Numbered from the stretch's first letter, positions 29,721 to 40,025 are shown. The stretch is 64,000 nt of DNA from Candidatus Bathyarchaeota archaeon (GCA_963826715.1 CAWGYA010000008.1:736001-800000); one strand, 5' to 3'. Notes: a model not told the origin generated them from the letters alone. A program made the numbers and translations.

Positions 29721-29950
29721 GCAATTTAACACGCTGCTGCCCAGACACAATTCCCCTCAAATTATCGATAGGTGAGCTGTTTTTGTTTTGGTGGTCCTCC
29801 TCCTTTTCAGTCTTATTTTGGGTTTGAACTTTCTGGAAACTCGAGAAATCCTTGTAATCGCCTAATCTGAAGCAAAGGATAGGGAGTAGTTACCGCTAAC
29901 TGTTTATATAAAAATGAGTTAATACTGTAATTATTACCTAAGGTGACATT

Positions 29951-31045
29951 GTGAAGGCGTTGATTTTAGCAGGTGGTTTCGCGACTCGTCTTCGACCACT
30001 AAGCTGTGTAAGACCCAAAACACTTTTTCCAATTGTTAACAAACCCCTTTTACAGTGGATTTTTGAGCGACTATCTCAGGGCGGAGTAGACCAAGCCATT
30101 TTGGCTGTTAACGCACTCACTCAGTTCTATATTCGCCAGTACAAACCTCCAAAATGTGGGTTAAAAATCCACTTCTCAATAGACCCGCCCAAGAAGCCGC
30201 TGGGAACCGCTGGTCCAATAAAGAAAGCCGAGCACCTTATTGGGCATGATGAGCCCTTCATAGTGATTAATGGAGACATATTTGCAGACATAAATTATCA
30301 GCAACTTGTTAAGTGTCACAAAAACTCAAACGCACTCGCCACTATTGCCCTTTGTACGGTGGAAGATCCTTCAGCTTTTGGTGTTGCGGAACTCTGCGAG
30401 GGTAACTGTATAAAACGCTTCATTGAAAAACCCCCTCGAGGAACAGCACCCAGCAATCGTATCAATGCAGGTGCCTATGTGCTGAGCCCTGAAGTTTTTC
30501 GGTACATTCCAGAAGGCAGATCAGTTTCGATTGAGCGGGAAGTCTTTCCCAAGTTGGCTGCAGAAGGCAAATTAGCGGGTTTTTGCATGGAAGGTTTATG
30601 GATGGATATTGGTAAACCGCAGGATTACCTTGAAGCAAACAGAACAGTCCTTGATACGATCGCAGGCACCCTGCAGAAACCCAAGGGAGACCTCTATTCT
30701 TTGAAATTTCCCGTAGCCATAGACAGAGGCGTACACGTTGGCGACAAGTCCATCATTGGACCATACGCAATTTTGGGCAAGAACGTAAAAGTTGGCAAAA
30801 ACGTACAAATCGCCAATTCTGTGGTTTTCCCAGATGTAGAAGTAGGTGAAGGCGTCACATTGAATGGCGTAATAGTCGGCGAAGGCGCAAAAATCGGTAG
30901 TCACGTTACTCTAGGCAAGGGCTGTATTGTGGGTGATCAAGCCAGAATTAAAGATACCCTACACCTTTGTGATGGCTCTGCAGTATGTCCGGCTAAAGAA
31001 ATCTCTGAAAACATTTTAAAACATAACTTAACTGTTAAACTGTAG
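29951..31045 (+). CDS. NDP-sugar synthase (mannose-1-phosphate guanylyltransferase-like) with hexapeptide repeats
   Basis: 'ILAGGFATRLRPLS..PK', 'FIEKP', 'WMDIGKPQDY', C-terminal left-handed beta-helix repeats. Confidence 0.9.
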   Translation: MKALILAGGFATRLRPLSCVRPKTLFPIVNKPLLQWIFERLSQGGVDQAILAVNALTQFYIRQYKPPKCGLKIHFSIDPPKKPLGTAGPIKKAEHLIGHDEPFIVINGDIFADINYQQLVKCHKNSNALATIALCTVEDPSAFGVAELCEGNCIKRFIEKPPRGTAPSNRINAGAYVLSPEVFRYIPEGRSVSIEREVFPKLAAEGKLAGFCMEGLWMDIGKPQDYLEANRTVLDTIAGTLQKPKGDLYSLKFPVAIDRGVHVGDKSIIGPYAILGKNVKVGKNVQIANSVVFPDVEVGEGVTLNGVIVGEGAKIGSHVTLGKGCIVGDQARIKDTLHLCDGSAVCPAKEISENILKHNLTVKL

Positions 31046-31058
31046 AGTTGAGGTTTAC

Positions 31059-32429
31059 ATGAGTACAAGAAAGCTTTTTGGAACGAACGGAATTAGGGGA
31101 TTTGTTAATATCGAGTTGACCCCTGAAATGGCAATTAAAGTTGGAGCATCCATCGGAACATTTTTCGGCAAAGGCAAAAGGCTGCTACTGGGGTATGATG
31201 CACGAACTAGCGGTCCAATGTTCTCTAAAGCCGTCATTTCGGGTCTTATGGCGACGGGCATAGAGGTTTATTTTGCTGGTATGGCCTCTACTCCTGCCTT
31301 GCAGTTTGCAGTGAAGAACCACCAGATGGACGGGGGAGTAATCATCACAGCTTCTCATAACCCGCCAGAATATAACGGCATAAAAGTCATATGGAGCGAC
31401 GGTATCGAAACCAGCCATGAACAGGAATTAGAAATCGAAAACATATACTTTGATAACAAAATTCAGTACGTCTCTTGGGATCACTTGGGTGTCAAGCATG
31501 AGCTGCCTGAAATAAATGACGAATACAAAGAAGCCATAAAAAAACATGTTAACACTAAAAAAATCGCTTCTAAACATTACCATGTTGTTATCGACGCTGC
31601 TAATAGCGTAGGAGGAATCGCTGCCCCGATGCTTATGCGAGAGCTTGGTTGCAAAATCACAACCATAAATGCCAATATCGATGGCACTTTCCCAGGGCGC
31701 CTCCCAGAACCCCGCCCTGAAAGCCTCGGCGACTTGGCAGCAACCATAAAGGCAGTGGGCGGTGATTTAGGCGTTGCATTTGACGGAGACGCTGACCGCT
31801 CTATTTTTGTGGGCAAAGACGGCAGTATATTTTGGGGTGACAAAACCTTCGCAGTCGTAATCAAACAATACCTTCTTAAGAACCCTGGAGCAAAAATCGT
31901 TACACCCGTGAGCTCCTCAACATTAATCAAAGACACCGTGGAAGCCTATAAGGGTCAGCTTATCTGGACTAAAGTGGGCAGTGTAACAGTTTCGCAGACT
32001 ATGAAGGCGGAGGGAGCCAACTTAGGCGGCGAAGAAAATGGCGGAATCTTCTATGGACCTCATCACGCTGTTCGAGACGGAGCCATGACGACTGCACTGC
32101 TGCTCGATATTATGGCTGATACAGGAAAATCCCTCGTTTCACTTGTCGCTGAAGAGCCCCAATACTTCATCGAGAAAGGCAAAATCGAATGCCCCGACAT
32201 TAAAAAAGAACGTCTACTACAAAAAATCATTGAGCAAGTTAAAAATGAGAACATCAGCACAATCGATGGTGTCAAAATCTGGTTCAGTAACAGTAGTGCT
32301 ATCTTGATTCGCCCTAGCGGAACCGAACCAGTCTTTAGACTCTATGCAGAAGCAAAAGATCAAGAAAAAGCAGTGAAGCTAGTCAAGGACTACACTTCAA
32401 TGCTTGAAAGACTCCTAGCAACCCTATAG
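31059..32429 (+). CDS. glmM: Phosphoglucosamine mutase / phosphomannomutase
   Basis: 'LFGTNGIRG', 'TASHNP', 'DGDADR', 'GEENGG', 'RPSGTEP'. Confidence 0.88.
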   Translation: MSTRKLFGTNGIRGFVNIELTPEMAIKVGASIGTFFGKGKRLLLGYDARTSGPMFSKAVISGLMATGIEVYFAGMASTPALQFAVKNHQMDGGVIITASHNPPEYNGIKVIWSDGIETSHEQELEIENIYFDNKIQYVSWDHLGVKHELPEINDEYKEAIKKHVNTKKIASKHYHVVIDAANSVGGIAAPMLMRELGCKITTINANIDGTFPGRLPEPRPESLGDLAATIKAVGGDLGVAFDGDADRSIFVGKDGSIFWGDKTFAVVIKQYLLKNPGAKIVTPVSSSTLIKDTVEAYKGQLIWTKVGSVTVSQTMKAEGANLGGEENGGIFYGPHHAVRDGAMTTALLLDIMADTGKSLVSLVAEEPQYFIEKGKIECPDIKKERLLQKIIEQVKNENISTIDGVKIWFSNSSAILIRPSGTEPVFRLYAEAKDQEKAVKLVKDYTSMLERLLATL

Positions 32430-32452
32430 TAGCCTTTAGCCGAGGAACTGTT

Positions 32453-33772
32453 GTGCCCGCATTTCAAGATTTAAAACCAATAGACTTAGACTCCAAAGAG
32501 AAACGCTCAAAATACACCATTGCCATTGTCGGCTGCGGGCACAAGGGAATTTTTTATGCCAACTTATTCGCAGATATGGGTTTTCAAGTTGTCTGTACCG
32601 ACGCCAATGCGAGTGTATTGAAAAAACTGGCAAAAGGCAAAACCCCCTTTGCTATACCTGAAGTCGAAGTAAAATTCAAAAATCATGTGACAAAAGAAAA
32701 AATCTGCGTTATCAGTGAACTCAAAAATGCAGTTTCACAGAGCGCCGTGGTTGTGCTATCAATCAATATAAAGAGAGATGAGCAGAAAACAAACGATGAT
32801 AACGGGCTCCTGAGTACATGCAAGCAGATTGGTTCAGCGATGCGACAAGGTACACTAGTGTTATACGGAGGAGTGGCGGCAATGGGTTTTATGGAGGGCA
32901 TCAAAGAGACCCTGGAGAACACTTCGGGACTTAAAGCTGGACAACAATTCGGCTTAGCCTATTGCCCTCTAGTAATTCCTTTCCAGCCGGATTTGGGGTT
33001 TAAAGTTGCTGCAGCCGACAAAATGAGTTTGCAAGTCGCATCAGCAATATTAAAAACACTAACAAAAAAAGTCACTGAAATAAGCGATTTCAAGATCGCT
33101 GAGATAGCCATCCTTTTTAACTTAGCAAAGCAGGATTCCAGTGTGGCTCTGGCAAATGAGTTAGCGCTGTTCTGTGAAAACGCCAACGTAGACTGTTTTT
33201 CAGTTCTAAAAATCATAAACCAAGATGACCCTGCCTTTTATCCTGCAGTTGCAGATGAAAAAAACAGAACGCAAACGTATCTGCTACTTGAGACGGCCGA
33301 AAATTTCAATGCGAAGCTCAAGATTCCTGTGTTGGCGCGCCAAATCAACGAGGACATGGTGAAGTATGCGGTAAACTTGACCGCAGAAGCATTTCGGTTT
33401 AGCGGAAAAACTCTTCGGCGGGGTAAGGTTGCGGTTTTAGGGTCAGCAAATCCCGTGTCTGCAACGAGTGCTTTTATTAAATTGCTTGAGCAGAAAGGTG
33501 CCAAAGTTAGTCTTTATGATCCAGCTGCGAGAAAGGAGTCGCTGGATGCGAGGGTGGTTAAGCGTAGTCTTAATGAAGCTGTTGAAGGTACAGACTGTCT
33601 TGTTTTGTTATCAGAACTGGAAACGCTTGGTCGCTTTAACCTTAAAAAAATTAAAGTTCTAATGAAATCACCGTCGGTTATAGTGGATTTAATGGGTAAA
33701 TTTGAACCTGCCAAGGTGGAAACAGAAGGATTCATATACGCAGGGCTAGGAAGGGGAATAGAAAAGAAATGA
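32453..33772 (+). CDS. UDP-glucose/UDP-ManNAc dehydrogenase-fold protein lacking catalytic motifs
   Basis: Three-domain layout is recognisable ('IAIVGCGHKG', 'LENTSGLKAGQQFGLAYCP', 'ALANELA', 'ARQINEDM', 'KVAVLG', 'YDP'). No GxGGxC motif and no catalytic Lys. Confidence 0.75.
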   Translation: MPAFQDLKPIDLDSKEKRSKYTIAIVGCGHKGIFYANLFADMGFQVVCTDANASVLKKLAKGKTPFAIPEVEVKFKNHVTKEKICVISELKNAVSQSAVVVLSINIKRDEQKTNDDNGLLSTCKQIGSAMRQGTLVLYGGVAAMGFMEGIKETLENTSGLKAGQQFGLAYCPLVIPFQPDLGFKVAAADKMSLQVASAILKTLTKKVTEISDFKIAEIAILFNLAKQDSSVALANELALFCENANVDCFSVLKIINQDDPAFYPAVADEKNRTQTYLLLETAENFNAKLKIPVLARQINEDMVKYAVNLTAEAFRFSGKTLRRGKVAVLGSANPVSATSAFIKLLEQKGAKVSLYDPAARKESLDARVVKRSLNEAVEGTDCLVLLSELETLGRFNLKKIKVLMKSPSVIVDLMGKFEPAKVETEGFIYAGLGRGIEKK

Positions 33773-34719
33773 AGAAACTTGGTGTAGCAGTGATTGGTAC
33801 GGGTCAATGGGGTAAAAATCATGCCCGTGTCTACAAAGAACTCCAATCAACTGAGCTTATCGCTGTATGTGACATTAATATGGAGCGCGCCAAGACAATG
33901 GCGGACCACTATGGCGTTAAAGCCTACTCTGATAGCTCTGAGATGCTAAAAAACACACAGATCGAAGCCGTCAACGTTTGCACATGGTCTACCCTCCTAG
34001 CCAAGGAAGCCCAAAAGGCTCTGCACGCTGGCAAACATGTACTTGTTGAGAAACCAATGGCAACTACGCCTCAACAAGCTCAACAGCTAGTTGATACGGC
34101 AGAACAAAACGGTCTACATCTCTCAGTCGGTTTTCTAATGCGTTTTATTCCGGGTTTGCAGCAAATTCGCCAATCGGTTTTAGACAAGAAATTCGGTGAA
34201 CTTGTTTGTGCTACTGCCAAGCGGGTTTCTCAGTGGCCTGAAAGGATTGGCGATGTTGGTGTCGTTAAAGATACCGCCATCCATGATATAGATGTGATGA
34301 ACTATATTTTTAACCAGTATCCAACTTCAGTCTACGCTAAGATGGGTAGTATGCGCATAAAGAAATTCGAGGATTATGCCCAAATTATGCTAACTTATAA
34401 CGATGGTAAAACTGCGTTTATTGAATCCAATTGGTTAACACCGTATAAAACACGATCATTGACTGCAACATGCAGTGAAGCCATAATGAGACTTGACTAT
34501 ATTACACAGGAATTTTGGATTGAGCAGAAAACTGAGACCCTGCAACCACGGTTGCCTTTCCAGGAACCGCTTAAGTCCGAACTTTCGCACTTTGTAGAAT
34601 GTATTGTTGAGAAGAAAAAGCCACTGGTTACAGGTCAAGATGGTGTGAGAGCTCTACAGATAGCCACTGCTGCAATTCAATCTTCAGCTAAAAACAGGGC
34701 AATACAATTGAAAAAATAG
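33769..34719 (+). CDS. Gfo/Idh/MocA oxidoreductase (UDP-GlcNAc 3-dehydrogenase-like)
   Basis: 'VIGTGQWGKNHAR', 'HVLVEKP', 'DVGVVKDTAIHDID', 'NWLTPYKTR'. Confidence 0.9.
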   Translation: MKKLGVAVIGTGQWGKNHARVYKELQSTELIAVCDINMERAKTMADHYGVKAYSDSSEMLKNTQIEAVNVCTWSTLLAKEAQKALHAGKHVLVEKPMATTPQQAQQLVDTAEQNGLHLSVGFLMRFIPGLQQIRQSVLDKKFGELVCATAKRVSQWPERIGDVGVVKDTAIHDIDVMNYIFNQYPTSVYAKMGSMRIKKFEDYAQIMLTYNDGKTAFIESNWLTPYKTRSLTATCSEAIMRLDYITQEFWIEQKTETLQPRLPFQEPLKSELSHFVECIVEKKKPLVTGQDGVRALQIATAAIQSSAKNRAIQLKK

Positions 34720-34723
34720 TTAT

Positions 34724-34993
34724 TTATTTTAGGTTGAAGGGTTTGCCTTCAGAAACAATCTTTGAAGGCGATTGTGCTTTCCATTTTTTGAGGAACGGCA
34801 AATCCTCTGATTCCTTACGCAACTCGTCTGGCAGCATTTCTGGGATTTCGTCGCGTATAGGGTACCATCGTTGGCATTTTGGGCATACAATTAGGCCCTC
34901 CACAATTTCGTCTTTCTCTTCGAAAACATGAAGTTCAAGTGGATGGTATTTATCGATGGGGCATGCGAGGATTTCCATTAGTTTTCGTTTCAT
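34724..34993 (-). CDS. Trm112 family methyltransferase activator
   Basis: 'LMEILACPIDK..L.L....EGLIVCPKCQRWYPIRDEIPEMLPD'. Confidence 0.9.
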   Translation of the reverse strand: MKRKLMEILACPIDKYHPLELHVFEEKDEIVEGLIVCPKCQRWYPIRDEIPEMLPDELRKESEDLPFLKKWKAQSPSKIVSEGKPFNLK

Positions 34994-35028
34994 GAGTTTC
35001 AACTATTTAGATTAGGAGGGTTGAGTTA

Positions 35029-35901
35029 TTAAAACTTGCTCGGTACCCGAATAACTTGAACATCGAGGACGGTCTGGTACCAATTCGGGCCTATACTTCG
35101 TACGACTCGGGAATTTGCGAATGTGTAACTGACGCCTAGGCTGTTAAGTTTCGTCGCAACTTTTTGCTTAGTTTTCTCAGTAGGGTCCTCTTTGTTGATA
35201 GTATGCTCAAAATCGTATATGTGAATCCAGCCCCCACTTTTTTTAAGTGCTGAAACCGCGTACGGTAAATACTCAAAGGCTAACTCAGGTAGTGGCATCA
35301 ACACTCGGTCCGCAATTCCCAACAAGTGATTTTCTTCGATTTCTTTAGCATCGCATAGAATTGGTATAACTTGTTCATAGAGACGATTAATTTGTACATT
35401 TTTAACCATTTCTTCGTAGGCGGCTGGATTAAGGTCTATGGAATATATTTTGGTCTGAGGTGAGGTTTTGGCTATAATAATGCTGAAGCAGCCCACACCT
35501 GCGAACATGTTGACAATAGTTTCTCCTGGGGAAACCTGGTGGGCTATTCGTAGTCGTTCATGACTGAGTCTCGGAGAAAAATAGCAATCCTTTATGTTTA
35601 CTGAGAAGACGCACCCTGCCTCTTTATGTTGGGTGCTGGCTTTGTTTTCGCCTGCTAATAATTGAAGTTTTCGGGTTCGGTGATTCCCCTTTACGGGACT
35701 TATCTGGATAAAAACAGTTTTTACGGATTTATGAGTCGCCATTATCTGCTTTGCCACTATCTCCGCGTTTAGACGGTCGCTCCCGAATGTTTTGATGATC
35801 GCTATGTTGCCGATGATGTCAAATGTATTGTATATTTTGTTTAGCTCCTGAGGCGGAATCGCAACAGCAAGCTTTTCTTTGAGGCGAACTCTCAACTGCA
35901 T
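35029..35901 (-). CDS. Trm5/Taw2-family tRNA G37 SAM-dependent transferase
   Basis: 'FDIIGNIAII', 'YFSPRLSHERLRI', 'NMFAGVGCFSI', 'DLNP', 'DRVLMPLP'. Confidence 0.88.
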   Translation of the reverse strand: MQLRVRLKEKLAVAIPPQELNKIYNTFDIIGNIAIIKTFGSDRLNAEIVAKQIMATHKSVKTVFIQISPVKGNHRTRKLQLLAGENKASTQHKEAGCVFSVNIKDCYFSPRLSHERLRIAHQVSPGETIVNMFAGVGCFSIIIAKTSPQTKIYSIDLNPAAYEEMVKNVQINRLYEQVIPILCDAKEIEENHLLGIADRVLMPLPELAFEYLPYAVSALKKSGGWIHIYDFEHTINKEDPTEKTKQKVATKLNSLGVSYTFANSRVVRSIGPNWYQTVLDVQVIRVPSKF

Positions 35902-35974
35902 ATCCTCATTCTATTAATGTATTGGAAATGTTTAAAAGTAAAATGCTTTTCTTTGTAGGAACAGGCGTTAATCC

Positions 35975-36136
35975 ATGGAAAAATCAGGGATTGTTTATGA
36001 ATGCATGAGATGCGGCTCAAGAGTGCCCTCTGAAGAGTTAGAATTAAGAGGCGGAGAAACCAAATGCATCATTTGTGGCTATAGAATTCTAAAAAAGGTT
36101 AAGCCGCCAGTCGTGAAACGGGTTCAATCCAAATAG
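35975..36136 (+). CDS. rpoP: DNA-directed RNA polymerase subunit P (Rpo12); absent from the ORF track
   Basis: My translation: MEKSGIVYECMRCGSRVPSEELELRGGETKCIICGYRILKKVKPPVVKRVQSK*, matching YxCxxCG...CxxCGYRILxK. Confidence 0.92.
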   Translation: MEKSGIVYECMRCGSRVPSEELELRGGETKCIICGYRILKKVKPPVVKRVQSK

Positions 36137-36189
36137 AATGGAAAAAACTCGTGTTTGTCACGAGCACAAACTTTTGTTTTGTTTCTGAT

Positions 36190-36486
36190 TTAGTAGAAAT
36201 CGTCTCCAAGTTTACGCAGCGCTTTTCCCTTCATTTTAACTGAGGTATCAAAGAAGTCATCTTCTAAATCTTTTTCAACGGTTTTTCGTCTTACGGTTTC
36301 GCCACAGATTGCTCCAGGTAAAAGTCGTCTTTTCATACACATGGCATACATGCATTTAGCTAATGCACATGGTTCTTCGGCGTCTTTACACCAAACTGAG
36401 TCTCGTCTGAAGAGTGCAACGTTTTTTCCACATTTAAAAGATTGGCATGCTGGAGAACAAGCTTTTGTTTGAGCCAACAGATACAC
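36190..36486 (-). CDS. Small Cys-rich hypothetical protein
   Basis: Eight Cys in about 55 residues. The GAGGTG RBS suggests a start at TTG ~36477. Confidence 0.7.
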   Translation of the reverse strand: MYLLAQTKACSPACQSFKCGKNVALFRRDSVWCKDAEEPCALAKCMYAMCMKRRLLPGAICGETVRRKTVEKDLEDDFFDTSVKMKGKALRKLGDDFY

Positions 36487-36565
36487 CTCATGCTATCAAA
36501 ATTGTTTGCTGTTTTGTACTGCCTTGTTTTGGTTTATGTTTCTTGGAAGCCATATAAACTTTGTT

Positions 36566-38662
36566 CTATTGTGAGAGAAAATTAATTTGAGGCTTTAAAC
36601 GCAGTTTCGTTTTTTTATGCCGATAAACTTCAACTAAAGCAAACAGGCTAACGGCGACAATTATTATCACTATGGTGATGAGGGTGCTTGCTTGAATCAG
36701 CATACCGTTAACTGAAACATATTTATCGATTTTTATCTGAACGGTTGTTGGTTCGTTTACAGTTACCGTAACGGCTTGGGAGGCATCAGCTACTCCCGTT
36801 GCTTGAGCAGTAATTAGCATGCTCCCGCCGATAATGTTGTTAAAAGAGACTTTGCCATCGCTCGGAGTTATTGCTGAAACCTTTTCAGGACCCTTAAGCG
36901 TTACCTGAACACTGGGGATAGGTGCTCCGAATATGTCAACCACTGAAATAAAAAGTTGTATACCGTAGAGTGTACATCTAATTTCCTGTTGTATATCAGT
37001 GAAAATCGGCACATTAGATTCATTGAGTAATGAATTATCCTTGAAGATACGCAGTCGATAAACACCTAAAGTAGCCTGAGTTGTCGCCGAACCATTGCTG
37101 TTGGTTGTGGCCGAATAGAAGAGTCCATTTGAGAGCTCTACAAGTTCCAGGTGTGCTCCTGCAATCGCTTCTTGGTTATACCCCGACACGTTGATTGTTA
37201 AGTTTTTGTTGGGGCAAATAATCAAAATCTGAGAGTTTGCCTGCTTGGGGAGGTTGATAACTGTGTTGTTACCTGCATTGAAGACTTGATTGTAGATCGA
37301 GGCATCGATAGTGTATGTTGCGCCTGCTAAAGCGGAGGTTAACTTGAAACTGCCTGCCGGGTTAGTTATCCCTGTTGAGCTGCCTGTTTTGGATCCGCCG
37401 CTGCTGCTTTGATAATTAAATTTGATTATTAAGTTCACGTATGACATTTCGGCACCGTCAGCATTTCTTACGAGGATTTCTAGATTAGTGAGCTGGCATT
37501 GGAGTGTAAAGTTTCCATCGCCAGTAACGGTTATGTTTGATTCCGCAACCTTTACGTCTTGAAGATAGGCCATCAAAGTTTGGATTCCTTTTTCCAGTTT
37601 AAACGAAGCTGTGCCGTTGATGTCGCTGGTAGCATTTGTTTCCAAATTACTCGTAGTGTCTTTTGCCTTAACTAAAATATCTGGGACGACATCGCCTGAA
37701 AGATTTATGGTTTGCACTTTTACGTTGTAGCCCGCTACAGTAAAGGTTTGTTTGTCTACAATGCTTTTTTGAGGTCCCTCTGGAGTGATTTTAATTGTAC
37801 AAACGCCGATCGGTGTATTTGCTGTAACAGCCCAGTTCAGTGAAATGATGCCGCTGTTAGAAGCAGTAACTGTTTTGGAGTCAACTGTTTCACCTGACTT
37901 GCCGGTTATGGTTACTGTTGCGGCTTGGTTAGGTTGATACCCTATTGCCTTAATTGAGGCTGTATCTCCCCTGTGATATACCGCTTGGTCAAGAATGCCC
38001 ACGGTGAATTGGGTCTGTGCAAGGGAATTGTTGAAGATAACTGTGTATATTCCTGAATAATCCATCATAGCATCGGGCGAGAAACTGCTATCTGGAAAAG
38101 TTAATTCTGCACTTGCGGTTCCCTGAACATTAGGTGCACTTAGGGGCACTGTTTTAGTATAGGTAGTTCCGACAGCGTTGGGAAGCGAAACTGCTACAGT
38201 TGCGCCGTATAAAACGCCAAGTTGAGTTCCCGTTACTGCTGCTTCTAATGTTACAGTGCTTCCTTCCTGAACAATTGATGGTGTTGGGGTTATGCGGTAG
38301 CCTGTGGTGACCGTGAATACTCGAGTTGAGTTAACCTTTGTGGATAGGTCGTGCAGAGTGAGGGCATATAGATTGCTTGGGAGTTCAGGCACTGTGAAGT
38401 TTGCGTTAACTTTGAAAATCTCGGATTTACCACTTGCTACAACTGTTTTGCCTAACGTAATTTGGTAAGAGCCATTTGTGGTGTCTATGCTTCCAACTAA
38501 GTTAACGCTTGAGCCGTAAGGTCCACTTGCGGTAGCTGGGGTTATCTGTATTATGGCTACCCCTAAATTGCTGTTTTGCGCATCAGCCCCTAGAGGGCTT
38601 ATCAAAATTGGAAAAACTATGAGAAACAGTGCAGCGGCTGCAACAATTTTATTGTTGCTCAA
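36566..38662 (-). CDS. Secreted multi-beta-sandwich surface protein (carboxypeptidase-regulatory-like repeats) with C-terminal TM anchor
   Basis: Signal peptide, Thr/Ser/Asn-rich sequence, repeated 'TS/TNxxGxAxF' motifs, C-terminal hydrophobic helix and basic tail. Confidence 0.8.
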   Translation of the reverse strand: MSNNKIVAAAALFLIVFPILISPLGADAQNSNLGVAIIQITPATASGPYGSSVNLVGSIDTTNGSYQITLGKTVVASGKSEIFKVNANFTVPELPSNLYALTLHDLSTKVNSTRVFTVTTGYRITPTPSIVQEGSTVTLEAAVTGTQLGVLYGATVAVSLPNAVGTTYTKTVPLSAPNVQGTASAELTFPDSSFSPDAMMDYSGIYTVIFNNSLAQTQFTVGILDQAVYHRGDTASIKAIGYQPNQAATVTITGKSGETVDSKTVTASNSGIISLNWAVTANTPIGVCTIKITPEGPQKSIVDKQTFTVAGYNVKVQTINLSGDVVPDILVKAKDTTSNLETNATSDINGTASFKLEKGIQTLMAYLQDVKVAESNITVTGDGNFTLQCQLTNLEILVRNADGAEMSYVNLIIKFNYQSSSGGSKTGSSTGITNPAGSFKLTSALAGATYTIDASIYNQVFNAGNNTVINLPKQANSQILIICPNKNLTINVSGYNQEAIAGAHLELVELSNGLFYSATTNSNGSATTQATLGVYRLRIFKDNSLLNESNVPIFTDIQQEIRCTLYGIQLFISVVDIFGAPIPSVQVTLKGPEKVSAITPSDGKVSFNNIIGGSMLITAQATGVADASQAVTVTVNEPTTVQIKIDKYVSVNGMLIQASTLITIVIIIVAVSLFALVEVYRHKKTKLRLKPQINFLSQ

Positions 38663-38866
38663 AGCATATAGCTCTCCCAGTTAGGCAGCTAATCATCAAC
38701 TCATGAGTAACTACGAGAGCATTTTAAAGGTTTACCTAAAATTTGAGAAGCAAATCTCTGGAATATTATTCAGCCTCTATTTTTTAATTCATGAAATCTG
38801 CAGCTGGAAATAGGGATTTTTAAATGCCTGTTTTTTCTATGTTACAGAAAGCTCTGGTGTTACCTC

Positions 38867-39829
38867 TTGAATCAAGCTCCTCCATCTCCGCTTTTAGCTT
38901 CTCTAAAAAAACAAAAATATCACCTAATTGGACACCATTCAGCGGTGAAGCGGTGTAAATGGTTGTATGAATCTATAGTTAACAACCGCCCATGTTATAA
39001 ACAGAAGTTTTACGGTATACAAAGTCACCGCTGTATGCAGATGACTCCCTCGCTATATAGCTGTACCCAGCAATGTCTCTTTTGCTGGCGAGCGCAAAGC
39101 GGGGACTTGGACGAACATTGGGATGAAATGCAAAACCCCAACAGAGACACGCCTCAGGAGATTGTCGCGGGCTGTTTTAAGGCGCAGGAAAAAATTATCT
39201 CAGGATACAAGGGAAATGAAAAAACGGATTGGCGCAAATTTCAAGAGGCGCAACGCCCCAATCAAGTTGCAATAAGCTTAACCGGCGAACCCACGCTATT
39301 CGAGTCACTGGGGGAGTTAATTAGCCTTTTCCATCAAAGGGGCGCAACAACTTTTCTGGTGACTAATGGTACGTTGCCCACGAAACTTTCCAGACTCAGT
39401 CAAGACCCCAGCCAGCTTTATGTGTCGCTTTGTGCCCCCAATCAAGAAGTCTACAATAAAGTTTGTCGACCACAGTTTCCTCATGCTTGGGAAAAATTAA
39501 ACGAGACGTTGGGGCTTCTGCAGAGTTTCAGTTGCCCAACCGCTGTCCGTATGACCTTGGTGAAAGACCATAATATGGCTCTTATTGACCAATACGCTAA
39601 GATAGTGGAGAAAGCCAACCCTACTTATATCGAAGCCAAAGCTTACATGCATATAGGATTTTCGAATCTGCGTTTGGGTTTTGATCGCATGCCGATGCAT
39701 CAAGATGTGCAGGTTTTCGCTAAGAATCTTGCTGAGAAAACAGGGTATAAGATCATTAATGAAGCGCCTGAGAGTCGTGTGGTGTTGCTCAGTAGGCTGG
39801 AAAAACCTATCAAAGTCGGCGCCAATTAA
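38867..39829 (+). CDS. taw1: 4-demethylwyosine synthase, radical SAM (Tyw1/Taw1)
   Basis: 'HSAVKRCKW', 'CYKQKFYGIQSHRCMQMTP', 'CTQQCLFCWR', 'AISLTGEPT', 'ESRVVLL'. Confidence 0.93.
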   Translation: MNQAPPSPLLASLKKQKYHLIGHHSAVKRCKWLYESIVNNRPCYKQKFYGIQSHRCMQMTPSLYSCTQQCLFCWRAQSGDLDEHWDEMQNPNRDTPQEIVAGCFKAQEKIISGYKGNEKTDWRKFQEAQRPNQVAISLTGEPTLFESLGELISLFHQRGATTFLVTNGTLPTKLSRLSQDPSQLYVSLCAPNQEVYNKVCRPQFPHAWEKLNETLGLLQSFSCPTAVRMTLVKDHNMALIDQYAKIVEKANPTYIEAKAYMHIGFSNLRLGFDRMPMHQDVQVFAKNLAEKTGYKIINEAPESRVVLLSRLEKPIKVGAN

Positions 39830-40025
39830 GGCCACTACTCGCCTATAAGGGATCAGAAACCTAAAAGGGAACGAGAAAAGTGATGGTTTTACGGGGGTTT
39901 GCATTTTTTTTTAACTGCTATGCGTGATTTTGTGGGGTATATGCTTAACTGGTTTTGGGAAAAACGCTTTTTCAGGGGGTAACGTAAATTAAGTAATTGA
40001 ATCTCTATTTGCATATAAAATTCTT

